From: Egibacteraceae bacterium
Lineage (GTDB): Bacteria > Actinomycetota > Nitriliruptoria > Euzebyales > Egibacteraceae
Direction: 5' to 3'
Assembly (NCBI GenBank): GCA_035540515.1
Contig: DATLGM010000286.1
Coordinates: 1 to 52,485 of the forward strand
DNA length: 52,485 nucleotides
The translations under genes and the position numbers were made by a program. This document shows positions 1-10,094 of this stretch, in pieces. Below the pieces are notes generated by a model. The model saw nothing but the letters and a program-made list of their open reading frames with translations. It was not told the DNA's origin and made no database searches. The first letter of the stretch is position 1. Each line of letters opens with the position of its first letter.

Positions 1-285
1 GCCGAGGTCATCGAGGACCAGACCCGCGAGGGAGACCTCGGCCGGAACGTGACGTTCACGCCGGTGCGGATGGTCGACGGCCAGGTGCTGTGGACGGCCG
101 GCGACGCGGCGTCGTGGGTGTCGTTCGACGTGGGCGGAGAGCTCGACGCCGACCGGGGCGCCGACGTCCTGCGTCACGTCGACACCGTGGCCAGCACGGT
201 CGACGGCTACCGTCTCGATACGGAGGTCACCGCATTGGGCGGCCGCGAGGGCGCGGAGCGGTGGTACTTCCGCTCCCGGCCGTAG
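1..285 (+). CDS. hypothetical protein, 3' fragment (5' end outside window)
   Basis: Frame 1 is open from the window edge to TAG 283-285. Third codon positions are almost all G/C, as in the confirmed genes here. No recognisable motif. Confidence 0.5.
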   Translation, partial: AEVIEDQTREGDLGRNVTFTPVRMVDGQVLWTAGDAASWVSFDVGGELDADRGADVLRHVDTVASTVDGYRLDTEVTALGGREGAERWYFRSRP

Positions 286-312
286 GGGTCGCGGTCTGAC
301 CGTTGGGCCAAG

Positions 313-360
313 CCTCACTGATGCGCAACGCCGGATAATCGGTGCAACGCATCAGTGAGG
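313..360. repeat. 13-bp perfect inverted repeat (hairpin) between the upstream stop and the downstream start
   Basis: CCTCACTGATGCG (313-325) is the exact reverse complement of CGCATCAGTGAGG (348-360), with a 22-nt loop. No U-tract follows. Confidence 0.6.
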
Positions 361-1133
361 GACGCCGGCTCCTCGCCGCCCTGATCCTCTCGGCAGCGGT
401 GTTCGCTGTCACCGCGGTGGTGGCGCCGTCGCTCAACGCCGGCACGGCTGTCCGGGCGGGTCCACCCGGCAGCGTCATCCCGCAATGGATCGGGGCAACG
501 CCGGTATGGGTGGCCACGCAGCGCGACGGCCGCACCACTGTCGTGGAGGCGCTCAACCCACGGTTGTGGATGGGCATGACCGAGCGCGTCGGCTGGTGCG
601 AGTCGCAGGGTCAGTTCATCGCGTTCTACGACGCCTCCCGGTTCGACATCGAGGGCGGCTACGCGTTCGGGCCGGCGCCCACGGGACTGGCGCGCTTTCC
701 GGTGCTGAGTCGCAGCGGCGACTCGGTTCGGGTCGGCCCACGGGTCGCGTCCACGAGCCGCTCAAGCGACCTTCCGGAGCGCCACGCGAACGAGTGGACG
801 GCATGCTGGACGGACCCCTCGGGAGTGTCGATGCGACGCCCGGTTGGGACCCCCGCAGCCGTGTTCCACGATGCGGTCACGCCCGGAACGCAGGTGGTCG
901 ACGGCACCGTCGTCGTGGCGCCGGGCGGGGCGTTCTACTGCGAAGGCCCAGCGACCCTCGAGCCTCCGCGGTGCGGCGGCCGATCCGTCCCTCTGCCCGA
1001 CGTGACCGAGCCGCTGTTCGACGACCAGGCGGTCGCTGTGCATGGCCGCTTCAGGGTCCGCCGCAGCAGCCGCGGCTTCCACGACGTCACCGTCCTGCCC
1101 GACGGGTGGACCGAGTTCTCTGCCGACGGGTAG
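342..1133 (+). CDS. secreted/membrane-anchored hypothetical protein with a degenerate Rieske-like block
   Basis: GTG 342 is the only start before the hydrophobic segment. The N-terminus (RR + LLAALILSAAVFAVTAVVAPSLNA) looks like a signal peptide. GC3-rich frame. ASRFDIEGGYAFGPAPTGL resembles the GSxFD..G....GPAxxPL part of Rieske domains. Confidence 0.6.
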   Translation: MQRISEGRRLLAALILSAAVFAVTAVVAPSLNAGTAVRAGPPGSVIPQWIGATPVWVATQRDGRTTVVEALNPRLWMGMTERVGWCESQGQFIAFYDASRFDIEGGYAFGPAPTGLARFPVLSRSGDSVRVGPRVASTSRSSDLPERHANEWTACWTDPSGVSMRRPVGTPAAVFHDAVTPGTQVVDGTVVVAPGGAFYCEGPATLEPPRCGGRSVPLPDVTEPLFDDQAVAVHGRFRVRRSSRGFHDVTVLPDGWTEFSADG

Positions 1134-1143
1134 CCGGCTGCAC

Positions 1144-1219
1144 GGGCCCTGAAGGCCCACGACCCCACACACGAAGGAATCTCCAGATTCCTCGCCTGGG
1201 CCGGGAATCTGGAGATTCC
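1144..1219. terminator. two stem-loops between convergent genes (likely bidirectional terminator region)
   Basis: First hairpin: GGGCC(1144-1148)/GGCCC(1154-1158). Second: a 16-bp perfect inverted repeat, GGAATCTCCAGATTCC (1176-1191) / GGAATCTGGAGATTCC (1204-1219), with a 12-nt loop. It lies between stop 1133 (+) and stop 1242 (-). Confidence 0.5.
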
Positions 1220-1241
1220 GTGGGTGAGACGTGCGGGGGGG

Positions 1242-1718
1242 CTACCGCAGGTCGGTGGTCGGACCGCTCTCGTTGATCTCGCCGCGCCAGGCGCCGGACT
1301 CGGTGCCGCGAGACTCGATCATCTCCTTGAACCGCTTCAGGTCGCCGTCGACACGCTTGTCGATGAGACCGAGGGCGTCGCCGGCCTTCTCGACGAAGCC
1401 CTCAGGGTCGTACGCCATCTCGACGTTGACGCGGGTGGCCTCGGTCCCTGCCGGCTCGAACGTCACACGGCCGGCGTGCTTGGTGTCGCCGATCGCGCGC
1501 CACGCGATGACCTTGTCCGGCTCCTGTTCGGTGATCTCGGCCTCGAACTCGCGCTCGGCCAGGCCGATCTCGGTCTCCCAGTGCAGGCGCTGGTCGTCGA
1601 GCTGACGGACCTTGTTCACGCCCTCCATGAACTGCGGGAACTCCTCGAACTGCGTCCACTGGTTGTAGACGGTGGTCACCGGCTGGCGAACCTCGATGCT
1701 GGACTGAATCGTCTTCAT
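1242..1718 (-). CDS. SRPBCC-family (polyketide cyclase/dehydrase-like) protein
   Basis: Start moved to the internal ATG at 1718 (MKTIQSSIEV...), which is preceded by GAAGGAG. The IEVRQPVTTVYNQWTQFEEFPQFMEGV... and VTFEP..TRV.VEM pattern is typical of cyclase/dehydrase SRPBCC proteins. Confidence 0.8.
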   Translation of the reverse strand: MKTIQSSIEVRQPVTTVYNQWTQFEEFPQFMEGVNKVRQLDDQRLHWETEIGLAEREFEAEITEQEPDKVIAWRAIGDTKHAGRVTFEPAGTEATRVNVEMAYDPEGFVEKAGDALGLIDKRVDGDLKRFKEMIESRGTESGAWRGEINESGPTTDLR

Positions 1719-1930
1719 GCGGCTATCGCTCCTTCGTCGCGTTCGCTGCGTTGAGCGGGCGTTTCCTCTTGCTGCCGCCGTTTCCCCCGGCGGTGACGCC
1801 ACGCTCGTGATCCGGGCACTTCGCCCTCTTGGACCACGTACCCACCTCGTCGTCGTCATACGCGGCGTCGAACCAGCGAATCAATGGCGCTTGCTAGTTT
1901 GGTCGGCGTTGTGGGCCTAGTGCCCCCCTG

Positions 1931-3082
1931 TTGTCCAGTTCTTACACCTCGGGGATCCATTTGGCAGAAGTCATCGCGGTCTCGGAGATGAGGCTGACAG
2001 CGGGTCCCACGGGCACGCTGTCGTATTTGCCGGAGTACCTTGAACGGGCGATCGCGGGTTGGCCGATCGGCAGATGCTTCCTGATACCGGAGAATCGGCC
2101 CACGGCACCGGCTAATGACCGTCACTTCACTGAGTGCTTCGGCCAAATAGCCAAGCACGCACCGCTGGGCCACAGGGACTATGTCTTCATCGACCGCTCG
2201 GCTGAGTCTGGAGCGATACGTGCGCGACTCGAACACCTGAACCGCCTTTGCGACGAGGTGGGCCTCCCTCCAGAACAGCTCATCTACGTCTCGCAGAACT
2301 CGAAGGTCGCCCTCGCTCGCGGCACGCGCGGACCGCAATGGCTGTTCTTTCATCACTACGCCGTGTCCATGGCCCGTAAGTACGCCCATCATGGCGGTGA
2401 CTATGGCTTCTCCTCCGCGTCAGAGAGGATCCTGTGCCTGAACGCCAAGGTGCGTCCCCATCGTCTCGCCGGCGCGGCGGCGGCACGACGGATCCTGCGT
2501 GACCGTCTCTGGTTAACGTGGGGAGGGAAGGACGACTTATTCACGGTCGAAAAGGCCATGGCTGAGATCCGCGAGGTCCTACCTTCGTTCGAGTCAGTGG
2601 CCCTTGAACAGCACCTGCCTGAGTCTTCCCTCCCCAACTCTGTGGGGGTGGGGGGCCACGAGGACGCACCCTTGGAGGCGGCGGCGCAGTGTTTCCTGCA
2701 CCTCGTTACCGAGAGTGACTATCGACATTACTCCGATCGATTCTCCGAAAAAGTCCTCAAGCCAATCGCCCTTCACAGGCCGTTCATTGTGTACGGGCCG
2801 CAGGGAATCCTCCGACGGCTTAGGGAATTAGGTTTTCGGACTTTCGGCGATATCCTTGATGAGACATACGATGAGATTGAAAACGAGGATGCGAGATTGG
2901 CGGCGGTGCTAGCCTCGCTCGAAGCCCTCTCCCGTAGGGATCATCGAACTGTCATCGACGCTGCATCGGACATCTGTCGCCATAACCAAGCACACCTCAT
3001 TGCTGGACTTGAGCAGCGTTTGTTCAAGCGCTTCGAAGCCGACCTCGCAAGGCTGCTCGCATTGCCTGAACCGCGGACGTAA
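1931..3082 (+). CDS. hypothetical protein encoded in an AT-richer islet (function unknown; C-terminus faintly glycosyltransferase-like)
   Basis: A 383-codon ORF stays open through a region visibly less GC-rich than its flanks, where random stops would be frequent. TTG 1931 is the ORF-track start; ATG 1988 is an alternative. No firm motif; TES...SEKVLKPI..HRPFIVYGP recalls sugar-transferase C-terminal halves only loosely. Confidence 0.55.
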   Translation: MSSSYTSGIHLAEVIAVSEMRLTAGPTGTLSYLPEYLERAIAGWPIGRCFLIPENRPTAPANDRHFTECFGQIAKHAPLGHRDYVFIDRSAESGAIRARLEHLNRLCDEVGLPPEQLIYVSQNSKVALARGTRGPQWLFFHHYAVSMARKYAHHGGDYGFSSASERILCLNAKVRPHRLAGAAAARRILRDRLWLTWGGKDDLFTVEKAMAEIREVLPSFESVALEQHLPESSLPNSVGVGGHEDAPLEAAAQCFLHLVTESDYRHYSDRFSEKVLKPIALHRPFIVYGPQGILRRLRELGFRTFGDILDETYDEIENEDARLAAVLASLEALSRRDHRTVIDAASDICRHNQAHLIAGLEQRLFKRFEADLARLLALPEPRT

Positions 3083-3120
3083 GGACAGCTCCACCCAGGT
3101 TCGCGTGCGAGCATGGGGGG

Positions 3121-5019
3121 GTGCCCGCCAACCCCGCCCTGCGCTTTCGTCCCGACCCTGGGACGATCCCCACCGACCCGGGGTGCTATCTGTGGCGCGA
3201 CCGCGCGGACCGCGTGATTTACGTCGGCAAAGCCAAGAGCCTGCGGGCGCGGCTGTCGAGCTACTTCGGCGCGTGGTCGGGCATCCCCCAGCGCACCCGG
3301 TCCATGCTCGAAGCGGCGCGCAGCGTCGAGTGGATCGTGTGCGCCAACGAGGTCGAGGCGCTGCACCTCGAGTACAACCTGATCAAGCGACACCGGCCCC
3401 GGTACAACGTTCGTTACACCGACGACAAGAGCTATCCGTACCTCGCGGTCACCGTCCAGGAAGACGTCCCCCGTGCGATGGTGCGGCGCAACCCGCGCAA
3501 GGACGGCACCCGCTACTTCGGGCCCTATGCGCACGCCTACGCGATCCGCGAGACGCTTGACCTGCTGCTGCGCGTCTTCCCGGTGCGCACGTGCTCGAAG
3601 GGGGTGTACGACCGGTGCCGCCGGCTGGGACGCCCCTGTCTGTTGCACCACATCGGCCGGTGTGCCGCTCCCTGCGTGGACAAGATCAGCCACGACGACC
3701 ACCGGCGGTTGGTCGAGGACCTCATCGGCTTTCTGGAGGGGGACACCCAGCACACGCTGGCCGACCTCGAACGGCGGATGAGCGCCGAGGCGGCGTCGCT
3801 GAACTTCGAGGCCGCCGCCCGCCTGCGCGACCAGCTCACCGCGGTGCGCAAGGCCCTCGAGAAGCAGGTCATGGTCACCGGTCGCGCCGAGGACTTCGAT
3901 GCCGTCCACTATCACGACGACGACCTCGAGGCGGCGTTCCAGGCCTTCTTCGTCCGCCGGGGCCGCGTGGTGGGCCGCAAGGGCTGGACCGTGGACAAGG
4001 TCGAGGACCTCGACGCCGGCGAGCTGCTCGGGCGCTTCCTGCTCGAGGTGTTCATGGACCGCAGCGACGACATCCCACGAGAGGTGATCGTCCCCGCCGA
4101 GCCTGCCGACCGCGACACGCTCGAGGAGCTGCTGTCGGAGCTGCGGGGCGCACGCGTCAGCATCCGGGTCCCCCAGCGCGGCGAGAAGCGGACGTTCCTG
4201 GAAAGCGTCAAGGACAACGCCGCCGAGGCCTTCCAACAGCATCGGCTCAAGCGCGCCAAGGACTTCAACGCCCGCAGCCAGGCGCTGCACGAGCTGCAGG
4301 AGGCGCTCGGCCTGGAAGAAGCCCCCCTGCGCATCGAGTGCTACGACATCTCCACCCTGCAGGGGACCAACTCCGTCGCATCGATGGTGGTGATGGAGGA
4401 CGCGCTGCCACGCAAGAGCGAGTACCGGCGCTTCAAGATCCGAGGGGTGGAAGGGCAAGACGACTTCGCGATGATGCACGAGGTGATCACGCGCCGGTTC
4501 CGCAACTACCTGGCGTCCAAGGACGCACCCGCCAGCGAGCGCAAGTTCGCCTACGCCCCCAACCTGGTGATCATCGACGGCGGCAAGGGACAGCTCAACG
4601 CCGCGGTGCGGGCGATCGAGGAGCTCGGCGTCGAAGGTGTGGCGGTGTGCTCGCTGGCCAAGCGCCTCGAGGAGGTCTTCCTGCCCGGGAACCCCGACCC
4701 GGTGGTGCTACCCCGGTCGAGCGAGGCGCTGTACCTGGTGCAACGGATCCGCGACGAGGCGCACCGGTTCGCCGTCAGCTACCACCGCAGCCTGCGGGGG
4801 CGGGAGATGACCGCCTCGGCGTTCGACGAGATCCCCGGCGTGGGGCCGGCGCGCCGGCGGGCGCTGCTGGACCGCTTCGGGTCGCTCAAGCGGCTGCGGG
4901 AGGCGACGGTCGACGAGATCGCCGAGGTGGAAGGCTTCTCGCAGGTGATGGCAGCGCGGGTCCACGAGGCGCTGCACGGTCGACAGCTGGAAGCCGATGA
5001 GGAGATCCCCAGCCGATGA
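3121..5019 (+). CDS. uvrC: excinuclease ABC subunit C
   Basis: GIY-YIG N-terminus (GCYLWRDRADRVIYVGKAKSLRARLSSYF), a UVR-type helix, and a C-terminal (HhH)2 (IPGVGPARRRALLDRFGSLKRLREATVDEIAEVEGF). 632 aa. Confidence 0.95.
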   Translation: MPANPALRFRPDPGTIPTDPGCYLWRDRADRVIYVGKAKSLRARLSSYFGAWSGIPQRTRSMLEAARSVEWIVCANEVEALHLEYNLIKRHRPRYNVRYTDDKSYPYLAVTVQEDVPRAMVRRNPRKDGTRYFGPYAHAYAIRETLDLLLRVFPVRTCSKGVYDRCRRLGRPCLLHHIGRCAAPCVDKISHDDHRRLVEDLIGFLEGDTQHTLADLERRMSAEAASLNFEAAARLRDQLTAVRKALEKQVMVTGRAEDFDAVHYHDDDLEAAFQAFFVRRGRVVGRKGWTVDKVEDLDAGELLGRFLLEVFMDRSDDIPREVIVPAEPADRDTLEELLSELRGARVSIRVPQRGEKRTFLESVKDNAAEAFQQHRLKRAKDFNARSQALHELQEALGLEEAPLRIECYDISTLQGTNSVASMVVMEDALPRKSEYRRFKIRGVEGQDDFAMMHEVITRRFRNYLASKDAPASERKFAYAPNLVIIDGGKGQLNAAVRAIEELGVEGVAVCSLAKRLEEVFLPGNPDPVVLPRSSEALYLVQRIRDEAHRFAVSYHRSLRGREMTASAFDEIPGVGPARRRALLDRFGSLKRLREATVDEIAEVEGFSQVMAARVHEALHGRQLEADEEIPSR

Positions 5020-5957
5020 GCATGGACACCGAGCAGGATCCCACCGGGCCCGCGCGTGCCGCACCGCTTGACCGGCGGCCGCAGCTGGCGGTCATCACCG
5101 GTCTGTCGGGTGCCGGCCGCAGCGCGGCGTCGGCCGTCATGGAAGACCTGGGGTTCTTCGTCATCGACAACATGCCGCTGGCGCTGATCGAGCGCGTCGT
5201 GGACCTGGCGACCACCCCGGGTTCGGCGGTCGACCGGTTCGCTCTGGTCGTCGACGTCCGGGGTCGCGAGGGTTTCGGGGCGGGCGTCGAGGACCACGGC
5301 GAGCAGCTGCGCGAGACGATCCGCGCCCTGCGCCGGCGCGATCTGGACCTACGGGTGCTGTTCCTGGAGGCCTCGGACCAGACGCTGGTGCGGCGCTATG
5401 AAGCGGCACGGCGCGTGCACCCGCTGGCACGCAACGACCGGCTCGTCGATGGGATCGCGCGTGAGCGGGAGTACCTGGTGGGGCTCCGAGAGGAGGCCGA
5501 CCTGGTGATCGACACGACCTCGCTGAACGTCCACGAGCTGCGCGAACGGCTGGAGGAGGCGTTCGGCGAGGCCGGTCGTGACCGGATGGTCGTCAACCTG
5601 GTGTCGTTCGGGTTCAAAAACGGCACACCACTCGACGCCGACATGATCCTGGACGTCCGCTTCCTGCCGAACCCGCATTGGGTCGACGAGCTTCGGCCCC
5701 TGACCGGGCTTGACCCCAAGGTCCGCGACTACGTGCTCGGCCAGCCGGAAACGGGGGAGTTCCTGCGACGCGTCCAGGACCTGCTGGACTTCCTCGTGCC
5801 GGCGTACGTGCGGGAAGGCAAGCACTATCTGACCGTCGGCATCGGCTGCACAGGAGGCAAGCACCGCTCGGTGGTGCTTGGCCAGGTCCTCGCCGACCAC
5901 CTGCGCACCCTCGGCGTCGCCGTGCAGATCGAACACCGCGACCGGGGTCGCGAGTGA
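5016..5957 (+). CDS. rapZ: RNase adapter / nucleotide-binding protein RapZ (YvcJ family)
   Basis: P-loop GLSGAGRS, and a C-terminal GCTGGKHRS motif. ATGA overlap with the uvrC stop. Confidence 0.9.
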   Translation: MSMDTEQDPTGPARAAPLDRRPQLAVITGLSGAGRSAASAVMEDLGFFVIDNMPLALIERVVDLATTPGSAVDRFALVVDVRGREGFGAGVEDHGEQLRETIRALRRRDLDLRVLFLEASDQTLVRRYEAARRVHPLARNDRLVDGIAREREYLVGLREEADLVIDTTSLNVHELRERLEEAFGEAGRDRMVVNLVSFGFKNGTPLDADMILDVRFLPNPHWVDELRPLTGLDPKVRDYVLGQPETGEFLRRVQDLLDFLVPAYVREGKHYLTVGIGCTGGKHRSVVLGQVLADHLRTLGVAVQIEHRDRGRE

Positions 5958-6865
5958 AGGCCGTCGGCATCGGCGGGGGGCACGGCCTGTCCCGTGCACT
6001 GACCGCCTTCCGCCTGCTTGATCTGCAGCCCACCGCCGTCGTCACCGTGGCCGACGACGGCGGGTCCAGCGGGCGGTTGCGCCAGGAGCACGGCGTCGTC
6101 GCGCTCGGGGACCTGCGGATGGCGCTGTCGACGCTGGCAGACGGCACCGAGCTGGCCGAGGTCTTCCAGCACCGGTTCGACGTCGGCGACCTGAAGGGCC
6201 ACGCGCTGGGCAACCTGGTGCTCCTGGCGTTGCTAGAGCAGTGCGACGGCGACATCGTCACCGCGCTCGACCGCGCCGGCCGGTTGCTCGGATGCCAGGG
6301 TCGCGTCCTGCCGAGCACGCACGAACCCGTCCAGCTCCACGGCTGCATCGGCGGGCGTGAGGTCGGCGGCCAGGTCCGGGTCGCCACCGCCACCGATCGG
6401 GTGGAGCGCGTGTGGCTTGAGCCGGCGCAACCCCCGGCCTGCCCGCAAGCCGTCGAGGCGATTGCCGAGGCGGACCTGATCGTCCTCGGACCGGGCAGCC
6501 TGTTCACCAGCGTCCTCGCCGCTCTGCTCGTGCCCGGCATCGGCGAGGCAGTCGTGGCCGCCGAGGCCACCGTGGTGTTGGCGTGCAATCTCCTGACGCA
6601 ACCCGGGGAGACCAGCGAGCTGAGCGCCGCGGATCATGTCGAGGCCCTCTTCGCCCATGTCCCGGGACTGATGCTCGATGCGGTCCTGCTCCACGACGGC
6701 CCAGCCTGCGCCGGCGCCGGCACGCCGCTGGGCACCGACCTCGACCATCCCGCCGTCCGCCAGGTGGTGTGCGCCGACCTCGCCCTGCGCCAGGACGGTG
6801 CCGTGACCGGCATGCACGACCCACAGCGGCTGGCTGACGCGTTGAACGGTCTGCTGGCGTCGTGA
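5954..6865 (+). CDS. yvcK: YvcK/CofD-like gluconeogenesis-morphology factor
   Basis: N-terminal GIGGGHGLSRAL and LGPGSLFTSV motifs. GTGA overlap with rapZ, in the canonical position before whiA. Confidence 0.9.
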   Translation: MKAVGIGGGHGLSRALTAFRLLDLQPTAVVTVADDGGSSGRLRQEHGVVALGDLRMALSTLADGTELAEVFQHRFDVGDLKGHALGNLVLLALLEQCDGDIVTALDRAGRLLGCQGRVLPSTHEPVQLHGCIGGREVGGQVRVATATDRVERVWLEPAQPPACPQAVEAIAEADLIVLGPGSLFTSVLAALLVPGIGEAVVAAEATVVLACNLLTQPGETSELSAADHVEALFAHVPGLMLDAVLLHDGPACAGAGTPLGTDLDHPAVRQVVCADLALRQDGAVTGMHDPQRLADALNGLLAS

Positions 6866-7776
6866 GCTTCACCGCACAGGTGCGGGAGGAGCTGGCACAC
6901 GCGCCCCTGGGCGAGACCTGCTGCCGGGCAGCGGAGACGGCAGCGATCGCCCGCCTGGGCGGCGCCCTGCAGGTGTCCGGAGCCGGACCGGGTTGGGTGG
7001 TGGACATCACCGTCGGGGCGGTCGCCCGGAGGTTGCACAGCGCCTTCGTCGACCTGTACGAGGTGCGGGCGGAGATCGAGGTGCACCAGCCCACCGGGTT
7101 GCAGCCGACGCGGTACCGGCTCGTGCTGGCAGGCCCGTCCCGCGACGTGCTGCAGCGCATGGGCCTGTTCGACGACGAAGGGCGGCCGGCCGAGCGCCCG
7201 CCCGCCCGTCTCCTGATGACCGCGCATGACGCTGCGGCCTACGTCCGCGGAGCGCTGATGGTGGCCGCGAGCGTCAGCGATCCCCGCCGTGGCGCGCATC
7301 TGGAGATCCGGACACCGTCACGCCAGAGCGCCACCACCGTGGTGCAGCTGCTGCACCGGTGCGGCGCGGCAGGGGCGCGGGCGGCGCAGCGTGACGACGG
7401 CTGGCGAGTGGTGGTCAAGAACGGCGAGGAGATCGGGGCGGTGCTGGCTCGCACCGGTGCGCACACGTCGTTCCTGCACTGGGACGCCGAGCGCTTGCGC
7501 CGTGAGCTGCGGGGCGAGGCGAACCGCGCTGCCAACGCCGACCGCGCCAACCTCGGCAGGGCCGCGGGCGCCGCCGCTCGGCAGGTCGCCGACATCGAGG
7601 CGGCGGTCGCTCGACTGGGGTGGGACGCCCTTCCCGACGACCTGAGGGAGACCGCCCTCGCGCGCCTGGCCAATCCGGAAGCCAGCCTGGCGGAGCTCGC
7701 CGCGCTGCACGACCCACCCGTGGGCAAGGCCACGGTCCACCGGCGCCTGCTGCGGATCGCCGACCTCGACGGCTGA
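6862..7776 (+). CDS. whiA: sporulation/cell-division transcription factor WhiA
   Basis: MSFTAQVREELA N-terminus, degenerate LAGLIDADG core, and a C-terminal HTH (GKATVHRRLLRIADL). GTGA overlap with yvcK. Confidence 0.95.
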   Translation: MSFTAQVREELAHAPLGETCCRAAETAAIARLGGALQVSGAGPGWVVDITVGAVARRLHSAFVDLYEVRAEIEVHQPTGLQPTRYRLVLAGPSRDVLQRMGLFDDEGRPAERPPARLLMTAHDAAAYVRGALMVAASVSDPRRGAHLEIRTPSRQSATTVVQLLHRCGAAGARAAQRDDGWRVVVKNGEEIGAVLARTGAHTSFLHWDAERLRRELRGEANRAANADRANLGRAAGAAARQVADIEAAVARLGWDALPDDLRETALARLANPEASLAELAALHDPPVGKATVHRRLLRIADLDG

Positions 7777-7796
7777 GGGGACTGGGGCCGGGATAG

Positions 7797-8873
<1,077 letters not shown>

Positions 8874-8891
8874 CGCCAGCCATTCGCCGCT

Positions 8892-10094
8892 ATGACCGCT
8901 GTCATCCCGGGGCTTGACGCCCTCGACGCCGCCGGCCGCCGCGTGCTGGTCCGCGTCGACCTCAACGTCCCGCTGTCGCACGGGCAGGTCGCCGACGACC
9001 TGCGCATCGAGGAGTCCCTGCCCACGATCCGCCGGCTGACCCAGGCAGGCGCGCGGGTGGTGCTCATGAGCCACCTCGGCCGCCCCAAGGGCGCGGTCGT
9101 CGAGGAGCTGCGGCTCGCGCCGGTGGCGCAACGGGTGTCCGAGCTGCTCGGGGCGCCGGTCGCCGCCGCCACTGACGTGGTCGGTGACGATGCCCGCCGC
9201 GTCGTCGGCGAGCTTGCCGATGGTGAGGTGGCCCTGCTGGAGAACCTGCGGTTCGAGGCGGGGGAGGAGGCCAACGACGACGCCTTCGCCGACGCACTGG
9301 CGGGGCTGGGCGACGCGTACGTCAACGATGCCTTCGGTGCGGCGCACCGTGCGCACGCCAGCGTCGTTGGGTTGCCGGCGCGAATGGAGGACGCGGTCGC
9401 GGGGCTGCTGATGCACGCCGAGCTCGACGTGCTGTCCCGTCTGCTGACGGACCCGCCCCGGCCGTTCGTCGCGATCCTCGGCGGCGCGAAGGTGTCGGAC
9501 AAGCTCGGCGTGATCGACAACCTCCTCGGCCGCGTCGACCGCCTGCTCATCGGCGGGGCCATGTGCTTCACCTTCCTGGCGGCAAAGGGCTACGACGTGG
9601 GCGCGAGCCGGGTCGAGGCCGACCAGGTGGACACCTGCGGCGCACTGCTCAAGCGCGCGGAGGCCGACGGTGTGCCGCTGCTGCTGCCAGTCGACGTGAT
9701 CGCCGCCGAGGCGTTCGAAGCCGATGCCGAGCACCGTCGGGTAGCCGCCGATCAGATACCCGAGGGCTGGATGGGGCTGGACGTCGGCGGCGAGACCGTC
9801 GAGCGGTTCGCCGGCGCCACCGTCGATGCCGGGGCCATCCTGTGGAACGGGCCGATGGGCGTGTTCGAGTGGGACGCGTTCGCCGCCGGCACCGAGGGTG
9901 TGGCACGTGCGGTGGCCGCCGCGTCCGCGTTCACGGTGATCGGCGGTGGCGACAGCGCGGCCGCCGTCCGCAAGCTCGGCCTGGCGTCGCAGATCAACCA
10001 CGTGTCGACCGGCGGCGGGGCGTCGCTGGAGTTCCTGGAGGGCCGCGACCTGCCGGGCGTGGCCGCCCTCCGTCGCGAGCAGGGGGACACCTGA
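8892..10094 (+). CDS. pgk: phosphoglycerate kinase
   Basis: RVDLNVPL N-terminus, SHLGRPKG, GGGDSAAAV, STGGGASLEFLEG. Confidence 0.95.
   Translation: MTAVIPGLDALDAAGRRVLVRVDLNVPLSHGQVADDLRIEESLPTIRRLTQAGARVVLMSHLGRPKGAVVEELRLAPVAQRVSELLGAPVAAATDVVGDDARRVVGELADGEVALLENLRFEAGEEANDDAFADALAGLGDAYVNDAFGAAHRAHASVVGLPARMEDAVAGLLMHAELDVLSRLLTDPPRPFVAILGGAKVSDKLGVIDNLLGRVDRLLIGGAMCFTFLAAKGYDVGASRVEADQVDTCGALLKRAEADGVPLLLPVDVIAAEAFEADAEHRRVAADQIPEGWMGLDVGGETVERFAGATVDAGAILWNGPMGVFEWDAFAAGTEGVARAVAAASAFTVIGGGDSAAAVRKLGLASQINHVSTGGGASLEFLEGRDLPGVAALRREQGDT

Noticed and set aside
1856-2392. 178-aa minus-strand ORF inside the AT-richer islet
   Set aside because: It overlaps the longer, uninterrupted 383-aa plus-strand ORF. 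It has no SD and no motif, so the plus-strand reading is preferred, although neither has a proven function.
3083-3120. SOS (LexA) box upstream of uvrC, and likewise upstream of recQ (29995-30161)
   Set aside because: I looked for the actinobacterial TCGAAC-N4-GTTCGA / GAAC-N4-GTTC dyad. I found only a lone CGAAC half-site (~30136) and a poor GTTCGCGTGCGAGC match near 3098, with no convincing dyad.
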